DNA of 64,000 nucleotides from Cenococcum geophilum. Lineage: Eukaryota. Below the pieces are notes generated by a model. The model was not told the DNA's origin. It made no database searches and worked only from the letters and a program-made list of their open reading frames with translations. The position numbers and the translations under genes are program-made. The stretch covers positions 11,842,001-11,906,000 of the forward strand of contig CP158636.1 of the NCBI GenBank assembly GCA_050273025.1, written 5' to 3'. Of the stretch, positions 28,401 to 39,900 are shown in pieces (positions within the stretch are counted from its first letter, which is position 1; the number at the start of each line of letters is the position of its first letter).

Positions 28401-30360
28401 ATGGTAGACTAAAGGCCAAGTGCTATATCTGTAAGAAGAAGGACTACCATTTATGGAAATATATAAAGGAGGAGCGTAATCGGTCCAGAGATAACTATAA
28501 GAGACGTTTTATTAATATTAAGGGCCGTAATAAGGGCAACTTTGACAACCACTTTAAACAATATATCGCCGCCTGTAAAAGAGATAAAGAGGATAACTTA
28601 GACTTTAAAGCCTATATATACAACGCTAACGACTCTAGGAGCGATGCCGGAGAACCTAATAATAGTTCTACCTATATCACTACCTTTGGAATACTTACTA
28701 CAGAGAAAGCAACCTTTATAAGCGTAGAACTAGCTAATAAGGCTTATATACACCTGCTTACGGCTTTAAAACTCACCATAGAGTCTATTACGGAACCTTA
28801 CACAGAGACCGACCCATTTGCCTATAGTACGGCTATAGCTACAGCGTCACAATACACCTTAACGGTCTTTATGGGAATTATAATCGATATAGGTGCTTTA
28901 TATAAGTCTATAGCTGGCTACGGTTAATTCTAAGCTCTATAGGCCGTAGATAAGTCTATAAGTCTTAATACGTTAACTAAAGGCTAAGTAACCGTCTAAT
29001 TTGGGATTAAAGCCTTTACGTCTATCGGAACTATAGACGTTAACAGCCCTATAGGTAAGGTATAATTCCATATTATTAAAGCAGATACTTCTTTCCTACT
29101 TTACTTAGCAGATATAGATAGACTCTATATTAAATACGATAACCTAAAGGACGTCATTATTACTCGCACTAAAAAGGTGCCAGTAGTTAGACAATTTGGC
29201 CACCCATTTCTCTTATAGAGCTTCTCCTTACAGTCTTACTTAGTTAAGTCTTTTAATACGAACCCTTGCTACTTAACGGACGTAGAACTACGACGTCTAT
29301 ACTATCAATTTGGTCACCTATTAGTTAATAGACTATAAAAGCTTTTTGACAAAACTGGCTACGGCTATAATACCAATAGATCTGCTATTAAAGAGCTAAC
29401 TAGACTCTGCTACTACTACCAGAAGCATAGCAGATCTTTAGGTAGATTTTGCTTTACCTTACAAGATAATGTTAATTTCAATTATAATATTATCGTCAAC
29501 ATTATATATATTAGCGGCTTCCCCCTACTATACGTAGTTAATAAAGTAACTCAATTTTAAGCTAGCAGATAGCTATAAGATATCGGCGCCAAGCACACTT
29601 AGGATGTTCTTTAAATGTGCTAGATTAACAGCTATTTAGGACTACTAGACTTAATTATTACAGACGCTAGAAAGAACTTTATTAGTAAGGAGTTTAAGTA
29701 CTACGCTACTACTATAGGAGCAACTATAAAGTTAGTTCTAGTCGAATTATACAATTCTATTAGAATGGTAAAATACTACCACGGTCCGCTACAATAAGCC
29801 TACCAAATCATTACGACTAAAATCCCTAAAATTAGTAAGGAGATGGCCCTATAAATGGCCTTTAAAGCTATTAATAACACGGCTAGCCCAGAAGGCCTAG
29901 TCCCTATACTCCTAGTTTTTGGAGCCTACCCCTAAATAGTTAAATTAGACGCGCTATCACCTTCAGTCATATAGCGAGCTGCGGCCATTAAGAAAGTAAT
30001 AGTAGAAATTTAGAAGCTATAAGCTGAACGATAGATTACTAACGCTCTTAATATGCGAAACGGACTATAAACTAACGCCATTTACGGCCTCCCACCTAGT
30101 TCGCCTGTTTTAGTCTAGAGAGAAGGTAATACTAGCCAAAGTGGTTATTAGGATAGACTATATATGCTGCTTACCGTTAACGGTAAGACCTATACTGTAA
30201 AGCTACCAAATAGACCTACGACCTTCCGCTCTACGGTTATAAAACCCTACCTACTAAACCTATAAGACCCAGTCGAACCACGAGAGTCTATTAAATTAGA
30301 TAAACTAGTACCTTTACTAGCCGAACCTTAATCGTTACCTAAGGCTGAACTACGGCTACC

Positions 30361-33300
30361 AGCCCGCGAAGCCCTACTGCACGCGTCCACGTCGCCGCGG
30401 GTGGAAACATCATCAGGAATTCGTTTCTTATGATGGCCAAGTGCAGAGGCGATGGTAGGGAGCCGCCGCAGCGCGTGCAGCGCGCTGTCGTCGCGGTTCC
30501 GTGGTGTTGAGCCTGCGACGCGTACGATGCATCGCCCTCAGCAACACCAGGAGTCCTACTGCCCCCGCCTGGGGCTCCTGCTCTATCATCTAGGGGGGCC
30601 ATCAAGGGAAACTGGGATACGAAAACCACCCGATATACAACTACCTAGCTCGTAGCTAGGCCCGAAACTGGCCTTATCATCTAGCCAGCGGACGTGGACG
30701 CGCCCTAGTTGTATAACAGGACACCCTTGGGCTTGCACCAGCTCTAAGATCGCAAGGCAAGGGCGTAGGGAAACCCTTTTTTATAAGAACTTGTTAAGGT
30801 TAACGCGTCGCAGATACCTTATACGAAACTTATTAAGGCCCTAAGGCCACCGCGAAGAACTTGTTAAGGCCCTGCCTAGAGAACTCGTTAAGGCCCCTCT
30901 ACGAGGGCCTATCTGGTATCCGGTACACCCAGGTAACTCAGAAGAGGGTCTTAATAGGCGTGGTGCGCGCGACCTGGACGTTAGACGCGATAGCGACGCG
31001 ATGGCGACTAGACGGCGACTAGACGGCGACTAGACGGCGACCAGACGGCAACCAGATGGCTTGATGAGGTGGAAACACGGGCAAAGCTCTAGGTAGCGGA
31101 AACATAGGCCAGCTTCAACGGCCCTATAGCGTTCGACCTACGGTCGCAGGTAACTCACAGAAGGGTCTTAATAGGCGTAGTGCACGTAACCTAACGCGTA
31201 TATATATAGGGGAGGCTTTAAGGAAACATAGGCTAGTTAGACGAGGACTTGACGGTTAGAGATATAGGCCAGCTTATAAAAAGGGGGGACACAAGCTTAG
31301 TTAGTAGGAGAGGGGGGAGTAGGTCGCCTAGCACGGGACCCGTCTCTATGGCCCCCTCCTGCAAGACACGGTCGGCCTGTTATAAGGAGACTCCTACAGG
31401 CAACGCGAAACAACTACCTAGAGTAGTCACGGGGCGTAGTGCGTAGTAGCCACTGCTAGCTCTAGGGACCTTACCCCTTAGCTAGGCTTTAACCCCTAGT
31501 GTACCTAGTAGGCAGGTAGGATTACGTCCTAGCCAGAGAGACTACTACGCGGCTCAAGAGAACGGATGCGCGTATTGGTGCGCCAATAGACGGGACTGCT
31601 CGCTCAATAGGGTAGTACGCTAGTGAGGTACGCTTAAGGAGCAAACAGGAGTTACTTAGGCAGAAGAAGCTTTAGCTAGGCCTTAACCGTAAAAGGTGTA
31701 CCTAACTATATTATAGGATGCAGCCACGACGCCCTTGTAGGATTACGCCAGTAGGTATATAAAACGGGAGTTACGACCCCTATAAATAGCAGCTTATACC
31801 CATACCGGCGGAAACAATAAAGAAAGGCGTAAAACTAGAGGCTATAAAAGGCTTCTAAGCTGTGCAAGAGCGTACTAACTCTAGGAGGAAACTCTTATAC
31901 AGACTGCTGGGGGGCGGACTGGTACTTAGGCTATCCCTATTATAAGATATCCGTAAGAACTGGTGAGAATCCCCGTGCGATTGGTGGTGGCAGCTAACTA
32001 CTTATGGTTGGGACAAAGCACTAGAAAACTGAGGTAGAGGCCTGGATAAGCAGGCATGGGAAACTCTACTGTATTATTAGTACTACTAGTATATATAACT
32101 ACCTGCTCCCTTCGCTCCTCCGTCGTCGTCGCTAGGGCCCCCCTGGCTATATAGCCCCTACGGACACGTCACCAGACGCCAAATACCAGACACATCACAA
32201 CCTCTACTACAACCAGTCTACAGCCATCAGGCTGCAGACGACCTCCGCAACCTGTCTACAGCCATCAAGCTGCAGACGACCTCTACCACAACCTGTCTAC
32301 AGCCATCAGGCTACAGACAACCTCCACAACCTGTCTACAGCCATCGAGCTGCAGACGACCTCTACCACAACCTGTCTACAGCCATCAGGCTGCAGACGAC
32401 CTCCGCAACCTGTCTACAGCCATCAGGCTGCAGACGACCTCCGCAACCTGTCTACAGCCATCAAGCTGCAGACGACCTCCGCAACCTGTCTACAGCCATC
32501 GAGCTGCAGACGACCTCTACCACAACCTGTCTACAGCCATCAGGCTGCAGACGACCTCCGCAACCTGTCTACAGCCATCAAGCTGCAGACGACCTCTACC
32601 ACAACCTGTCTACAGCCATCAGGCTGCAGACGACCTCCGCAACCTGTCTACAGCCATCAAGCTGCAGACGACCCCTACCACAACCTGTCTACAGCCATCA
32701 GGCTGCAGACGACCTCCGCAACCTGTCTACAGCTATCGGGCTGCAGAAGACCTCTACCACAACCTGTCTACAGCCATCGAGCTACAGACGACCTCTACCA
32801 CAACCTGTCTACAGCCACCAGGCTGCAGACGACCTCCACCGCAACCTGTCTGCAGCTATCAGGCTGCAGACGACCTCTACCACAACCGCAACCACTACCA
32901 CCACCACTACCGCTACAATATACCATACAACACCGCACTATAGGCGTACCGCAGATGCGCAGATAGGGTAGCTACAGCAGGGGGGAGAGGGGAGGGGGGC
33001 CGGCCCGTGTTACTTTAGCACGTAAAATATAAGGTGTATAGGCGAATTGGTGTTTATACCCTATACAAGACAACCTCGTGAAAATTTTCCTATGGGAGTG
33101 GGTTTATGTAACGAGGTTCGCCCTTATAAAATACCATTAATAGCCTACTTTTGGGGAGAGTAGCTATTAATTACTAATTCCCTACCTATTTCTTTAGCAA
33201 GAAGGGGAAAATAGGTACAGAAAAAAAAAAGTCGCTTAGGGGTAATTGGTAGCTACTTTCAAGCTAGTAAGCTATGTTGTTCCTCTTATTCTTATATGCA

Positions 33301-33636
33301 AAATTATAGAAAAAAAAATATATCTTTTAGAGCGCTTTTTCTACTCTAGGAACGGCAGAATACGGCAGAAATAGATAAAAGAGCCAGGATTTCCTTAGTT
33401 TTCTTGGTGCAAACTGGACCATAGTAAGCAAAATACCAGAATAAAAAAACACCAGTCGCTAGAGCTCCCCTAGCATTTTAAAAACGGGCCAGAGTGTCCA
33501 CTTAGCTACTAGTACATGTTAAGCTGCCTAGAAAGGATTTATGTATATAGAACTATAGCGCCATAGCCTAGAGGCTGCATGCGCAGTATTGTACATAGTA
33601 TAATACAACGGATATAAAAAAAAAAAAAAAAAAAAA
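30361..33636 (+). mobile_element. Unclassified 3.3-kb poly(A)-tailed retroposed insert, apparently non-coding
   Basis: Absent at the homologous site in Copia D (~41065-41080). Flanked by the duplication CTACGGCTACC (30350-30360 and 33637-33647; 13 bp if the preceding AA is included). Ends in A21 at 33616-33636. Confidence 0.85.
32205..32887. repeat. Tandem array of 17 hairpin-containing units of 38 or 41 bp
   Basis: Unit CAACCTGTCTACAGCCATCAGGCTGCAGACGACCTC(CG/TACCA). The core GTCT(A/G)CAGCC-ATCA-GGCTGCAGAC is an inverted repeat. Confidence 0.95.
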
Positions 33637-36600
33637 CTACGGCTACCGCCAAAGCGAGGTAAAGGTCGCCCCCGTAAATACCTATTGCTTATGGCCGTCG
33701 CAGACATAGCTATTATAGATGCTATAATAGATACAGGCGCTTTTACGGGTGATATTGCGGATATCGCTAATATCACTATCTACCTACAGGACGATAATAC
33801 CGTAGATACAGCTGGCACCACTATTTACTTATAGAACGATAGTAATACCTAATTTAGTGCTTTACGACAAAAGGAGGTTATAGGCCTACTTAAGAAAGGC
33901 GTCTTTAAGATTATTAAGCTATACAATATGCTAAAGGGGGTTAGACTCTTTAATTTACGGTTTATTAATAAGATTAAGAATAAGGGAACTAATAAAGCCT
34001 TTAAGAAATTACGACTTATTATATAGGCCTATAATAATTTAGAGAAAGAGCTAGTTTTTACTTAGTTACTAACAATTTAACGGGTTAGCCAGCGGCTAAT
34101 TTTCTATATCGCTGCTATACTACTATAGATATAACTCTACCTCTAAGACATCTTATAAGCCTATATCTAGTCTACTACAAACCTAAACCGCGAGTTCTAT
34201 ATACGACTACTATATAAGCTAAACAAACAATTGGGAATTAATAAGGACTCCGTTCTAAAGGTTATAAAGCCACTTTATAGAGTGCCTAAAGCTAGAAACC
34301 ACTAGTTTAAGACCTACTATTTATACTACGTTAATTAGCTGTAAATGGACCAGTCTATATACAACCCTTACTTACTTTATAGTAATAACCCTTTCGGAAT
34401 TATCGGCTTACAGACTAATAATACGCTATTCCTTGTAGATAATACCTTTATAGAGGCTAAATAAAGCGAACTATATAAGGCTAAATTTATAGCTAAGGAG
34501 CGAGAGTAACTAACCGCTAATATACTAGTTAAGTTTAATAAAGGACTTATTTAATTAGTATAAGACAGGAGTATTATACTAACGTAAAAGCGCCAGTGTA
34601 AGAACCTTAGTGTGGTTAACACTATATTAGCAGATAGCACTAGCTCTAGAGGAGTTACGCGCGGCCTACTTACGCTAAAGGACTAGTATATCGCCCAACG
34701 CGCTAGAGGAGCCTATATTACCTTAGTCTATTAGCTAAAGGCTTTATTTAACTTATCCTTTACTACCTAGGCAATTAATCCTAAAGAGGTAGACGTAGGG
34801 GAGTTAAATAAGCACCTAAGTTGGCAGATTCAGAACTTATATAGAGGTCTTAAGTTTATTAAATTAGAGGCTAAAACCCTATAGCTTTTAGTCTTTATAA
34901 ATACCTCCTTTACTAATAATAAGGACCTCTCTTTATAAATTAGCTATGTTATTATACTAGCTAACGCAACCAAGAAGGCTAATATTGTCTATTAGAGCTT
35001 AATTAAATGTAAAAGAGTTACTAAAAGCGTTCTAGCTTCTAAACTCTACGGAATAGCTTACGGCTTTAATATTGCTGTTGCTATTAAGTCTACGGTAGAC
35101 AAAGTCCTATAGATTAACCTCTCGCTTATACTCTATACCGATTCTAAGTTACTATATAACTATCTTATACGACTTGGAACTACACAAGAGAAACGATTAA
35201 TAATTAATATAATGTGCCTATAATAAGCTTACGAACGTCGGTAGATTACAGAGGTTAAATAGATTAATAGTAAAGCTAACCCTACGGACGCGATAACCAA
35301 GGGGAAACCTTGCGTTGCCCTATAGCGACTTATTAATATAAACTAAGTTAATATATAGGCTATAGGTTAGGTAGAGCGTAAGAAGTAATAGAAGGTGGCT
35401 TACGGGTTATAACGGTGCTAGGGTACGCCACCCACTATATTCTGCGGACCCTAAGTTTAACTAGCTAATTAGGATTTTCTATACCCGGTATGGAAAATCG
35501 CTATTAGCTCGCTTACTACTAGCGCCTTAGCGGCCCTCGCAATATATTAACCTACTACCCCTAACAACTTTTTTTCTTCTTCTTATTGCGTATTAATTAG
35601 ATCTCTAGCTATTACGTATACGCTACAAATAGTCTAGAAGTAGACTTAACTTTAAAGTGTAGATTAGCCCTCTTTTTAGAGTTGCTCTAGTGTTGGAATA
35701 TTAGTTATATGACGTGGTTACGAGACCATAAAGCGAGGCTAGCTAACCTAACCTTAGAGCAACCCCTTACTTCTAGACTATTAATTAACTACCAACTTCA
35801 ACACAGCATACGTACTACTACAAGTGATATTCGTGCACGTTGATAATGCGAGTATACCGACATTAACTTACTAGCTAAAAACGTAGGTAGTAGTTATAAC
35901 GCTAATAAAGGGCCGTCGAAGAGGGTGCGAGTAAAGAGGTATTATAGCACTTATAGTAAAATGGGATATAATTCCCGTGCTTATACTACTAAAATTAAGG
36001 ACGTATTTAATAGCGAAGGTTTTAATAAATAATATTTAATTACAATAATTTTATTTTTTAGTTGTTGCGTTGCGTAATTCGAGTTATCATTAAGTCGCTG
36101 GCGAAAAAGTGTCGACTTGGTAATAATGTCGACTTGGTGATAAAACACGTTATATTAGACTATTATAGTTATTAGCGGGTTATCTAGTACTATTTATATT
36201 AAAGAAGAATAGTAAACTAAGGCTATATATTAACTATAAATAGTTAAATAGTATTACTAAAAAGAATAGATATTTTTTACCTTTAATTAGCGAAATTTAA
36301 GATAGAATAGGTAATATATAAATCTTTATAAAGATAGATTTAAGATAGGTATACTATTAGATTAGAATTAAGAAGGGTAATAAATAAAAGGCAGCCTTTA
36401 GGTTAAAGAAAGAACTATATAAACTATTAGTTATATAATTTAGGCTTATAAACGTACTAGTAATATTCTAGAAATATATTAATAATATATTAAAAGAATA
36501 CTTAGATAAATTTATTATAGTATACCTTAATATTATTATTATCTACTTAATAACTAAGAAAGAATATAGAAAATATATTAAATAGGTTTTAAAGAGATTA

Positions 36601-36979
36601 TAAGAAGAATAGATACTAATAGTAATTAAAAAATATAAGTTCTTTACTAGGAAGATAGATTTTATTAAATTTATTATTAAATTAGGCTAACTAAATATAG
36701 ATTTAAAGAAGATTAAGGTTATAGTAAATTAGTAGGAATTAGAGAATATTATATAGTTAAGATTATTTTTAGGGGTTTATAATTACTATAAAAGGGTTAT
36801 AGCGTAATAGTTAGTAAATACTAAGCTATTTATAAAATTAATAAAAAAGGAGGAACTATAGGTATAGGGAAAGAAGTAAAGGAAGCTATTTATAAAACTT
36901 AAGGAGTTATTTACCTAAGAGCTAATCCTTAAGATCTACTAACTAAAGCTAAAAATAGTTATAGAAATAAATATATTAG

Positions 36980-39900
36980 TGTCGGAACGTTAATTACGTG
37001 ACGTAGTTACGAGACTACGAAGCGAGACTAACTAGTCTGACCTTAGAGTAACCCCTTTCTTCTAGACATTAATTAACTACCAACTTCAACACCGCATACG
37101 TACCACTACAAGTAATATTCGTGCACGTTGATAAAGTGAGTATACCGATACTAATTAGTAGACGTATAGATTAGGAAATACGCAATAGCAAAGCTTAAAA
37201 CCACGCATTAGCTTAACTGCTAACGCGTTAAATCGCAGAGCTATCGCCCTATTTTAGTTAAAGGAGAAAACTACGTATTAGCTTAACTACTAACATATTA
37301 AATCGCCTAGAGAACTGTATCTTTACTTAAAAAGAGCTACGTTATCCTTAAAACTCAAGACTATGTATTAGCTTACTAATGCGCCAGATTACCTAGAGGA
37401 CCCTTAAAGCTTAAAACCACGTATTAACTTAACTATTGACGCGTTAGATCGCCTAGAGGACCGTATCTCTACTAAGAATCGTCTATAGTATCTAAGAACT
37501 ATAGATTCGTTAATAGGACACGTATATACCTTTACACCCTTAACCTTAACCTTAACCACACCCCTAACCTTAATATAACCCTTAACCTCAACCTTAACCT
37601 TAACCTTAACCCCGACCTTAAACCTTAACCTTAAACTTAAACCTCTAGAACCTCTACTTAACCTTAAACTAAATATACACAAAAATATAACAACATAGAA
37701 ATTAACTAGAAGGAAAGAGTTACTAAATATAGTAACGGAATTAACTTAAAGACGGCTATAGATAACGATCTAGCGGAGTATATAGAGACTAAGATACACC
37801 TATATATATAATCTAATCTTACAAACTCTTTATTATAGATAGTGTTTTAAGAAGACTTTAAGGACTTTACGCTAGAGATCTTTATACAAGTATAATCTAA
37901 TACTAAAATAGGAATCCGTAAATACCTAGTTAAGAAAGGAGTATATATTATTAAGTAAGACAAGAGATACTCCCTTAGCAAGGTACTAACAAACGTTACT
38001 AATAAAGAAGAGTTTCACAAATGGACGGACGAAGAGATTAGTCTAGCCCTTAATGATATTAAGCTAATAATTACTATAGCTCTATAAGACCGACTTAATA
38101 CAACCCTAAACAAGCTCGCTGCACCACCAGCTACTCTAATTACTGCACTACCAGCTACTCCGGTCGCTACCCCCGCTATCCCTACTACCCCCCCTAAATC
38201 TACTCTTACCGTTACACCGCTAGCTACTCTAATTACTGCCCCTACTATCCCTACTACCCCTCCCGGTTCTTAATTCTCCAATTATAACTAAATCTACACT
38301 CTTATTAACTAACTGCTATAGCTAAGAGAGCAGTAACTATAGTAGCTATAGCAGCTGTAGTAACCGTAGTAGCTACATATATATATATTACCTAAACTAG
38401 CTATACTTAGTGTAAAGTAAGGACCTAGATAAGGACCTAGATATAGTAAAAAGGTGGCTATAATTGCAAAGATTTACACAAACAACTAAAAGTACAATAG
38501 AGTTAGTGACAGCTTTAACTTTAAGTTGACTATTTTCTATAACATCTGTAAGAGATCTGGCTTGCTACTAGAAGGCTATATAGTAGCATTCCCTAGCATA
38601 CTAAAAGGGCTTGCTTAGGACCACTACTATAATAGTAACCTTAAGTTAAGACCTTTTACTGAAGCCTATAACCATATATAACAGTTCTTTAAAGGGCCAA
38701 AATACTACCGCAAGAACTTTATGGAGTGGAATAGTATAACCCTCTAAGGAGTTATAAATAAGAACCCTAATAAGTTAATCTATTAGAACTTCCAACTACT
38801 TATAAATAAGCTACTAAAGCAACGTCATAGACTATACTTAGACTTCCGTATAAACCGCATTCTTATAAATAAGTTGGTTACTACTTGCTAGGGAGTACTA
38901 GTATACCGTATTACTATCTCCAACCCTTTAGAAAACCTTTCTTAGTTAATTAGTAAGCTACAATTCTCTATTATTACGTAGGAAAAAGAATACCCCCTAT
39001 AGGCCTTAATAAGATCATCTCACCAAGCCTTTTTTATAGATTAACGCTACTACCGAAATAACCAGAATTAAGACCAAAACACCAATTACTATAGTAGCAA
39101 TCGCCCCTATAGGACTAACGGCAGACTAAAGGCTAAGTGCTATATCTATAAGAAAAAGGACTGCCATTTATAGAAATATATAGAGGAGGAGCGTAATTAG
39201 TCTAGAGACGACTATAAGAGACGTTTTATTGATATTAAGGGCCGCAATAAGGGCAACTTCGATAACTACTTTAAGCAATATATTGCTACTTACAAAAGAG
39301 ATAAAAATAATGACTTAGACTTTAAAGCCTATATACACAACGCTAACGGCTCTAGGAGTAATACCAGAGAACCTAATAACAGTTCTGCCTATATTACTAC
39401 CTTTAAAATACTTACTACGGAGGAAGTAACCTCTATAAGCGTAGAGCTAGCCAATAAGGCTTATATACACCTGCTTATAGCTTTAAAACTTACTACAGAG
39501 TCTACTATAGAACCTTACACGAAGACCAACCCATTTACCTATAGTACGGCTATAACCACAGCGCCACAATATACCTCAACGGTCTTTATAGGAATTATAA
39601 TTAATATAGGTACTTCGCGTAAGTCTACGGCTAGCTACGGCCAATTTTAAGCTTTATAGGCCGTAGATAAGTCTATAAGCCTTAACACGTTAACTAAGAG
39701 CTAAGTAACTATTTAATTTGGGATTGAAGCCTCTACGTCTATTAGAACTATAGACGTTAACAGCCCTATAGGTAAGGTATAATTCCATATTATTAAAGCA
39801 GATACTCCTTTCCTACTTTGCCTAGTAGATATAGATAGACTCTATATTAAATACGATAACCTAAAGAATATCATTATTACTCGCACCAAAAGGGTGCTAG

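Larger units (their letters stand above)
26305..35862 (+). mobile_element. Copia C: Ty1/Copia (GalEa-like, second family) inside the Fot1 element, interrupted by a 3.3-kb insert
   Basis: 172-bp LTRs at 26305-26476 and 35691-35862. TSD TTAAC at 26300-26304 and 35863-35867. CTAATCAGT directly follows the 5' LTR. Gag, protease (IIIDTGAS), integrase, RT and RNase H remnants are collinear with Copia D. Confidence 0.95.
18779..36150 (+). mobile_element. Fot1/pogo (Tc1-mariner) DNA transposon, ~1.85 kb in three pieces (18779-19523, 25489-26304, 35868-36150)
   Basis: TIRs ACGTATTTTATTATCGAGTT... and ...GACTTGGTGATAAAACACGT with TA duplication at 18777-18778 and 36151-36152. De-RIPed DDE motifs NFDESGFMMG (~19355), LLIIDGHESH (~25650) and PPHSSHLLQPLD (~25735), plus a C-terminal CxxCxxxGHNSRxC (~35940-35985). 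Confidence 0.93.

Noticed and set aside
31058..31080. Hammerhead ribozyme core (TTGATGAG...GAAAC)
   Set aside because: It lacks the conserved C of CUGAUGA, and I could not find stem II or convincing stems I and III.
32205..32887. CRISPR array
   Set aside because: The palindromic repeats have only two short, near-invariant linkers and no unique spacers. There are no cas genes and the context is eukaryotic.
37530..37670. Interstitial telomere (CCCTAA-like run)
   Set aside because: Units are mainly CCTTAA/CCTCAA within the Copia D leader, and a shorter version sits at the same place in Copia C (~26885-26905). It is an element-internal microsatellite altered by RIP.
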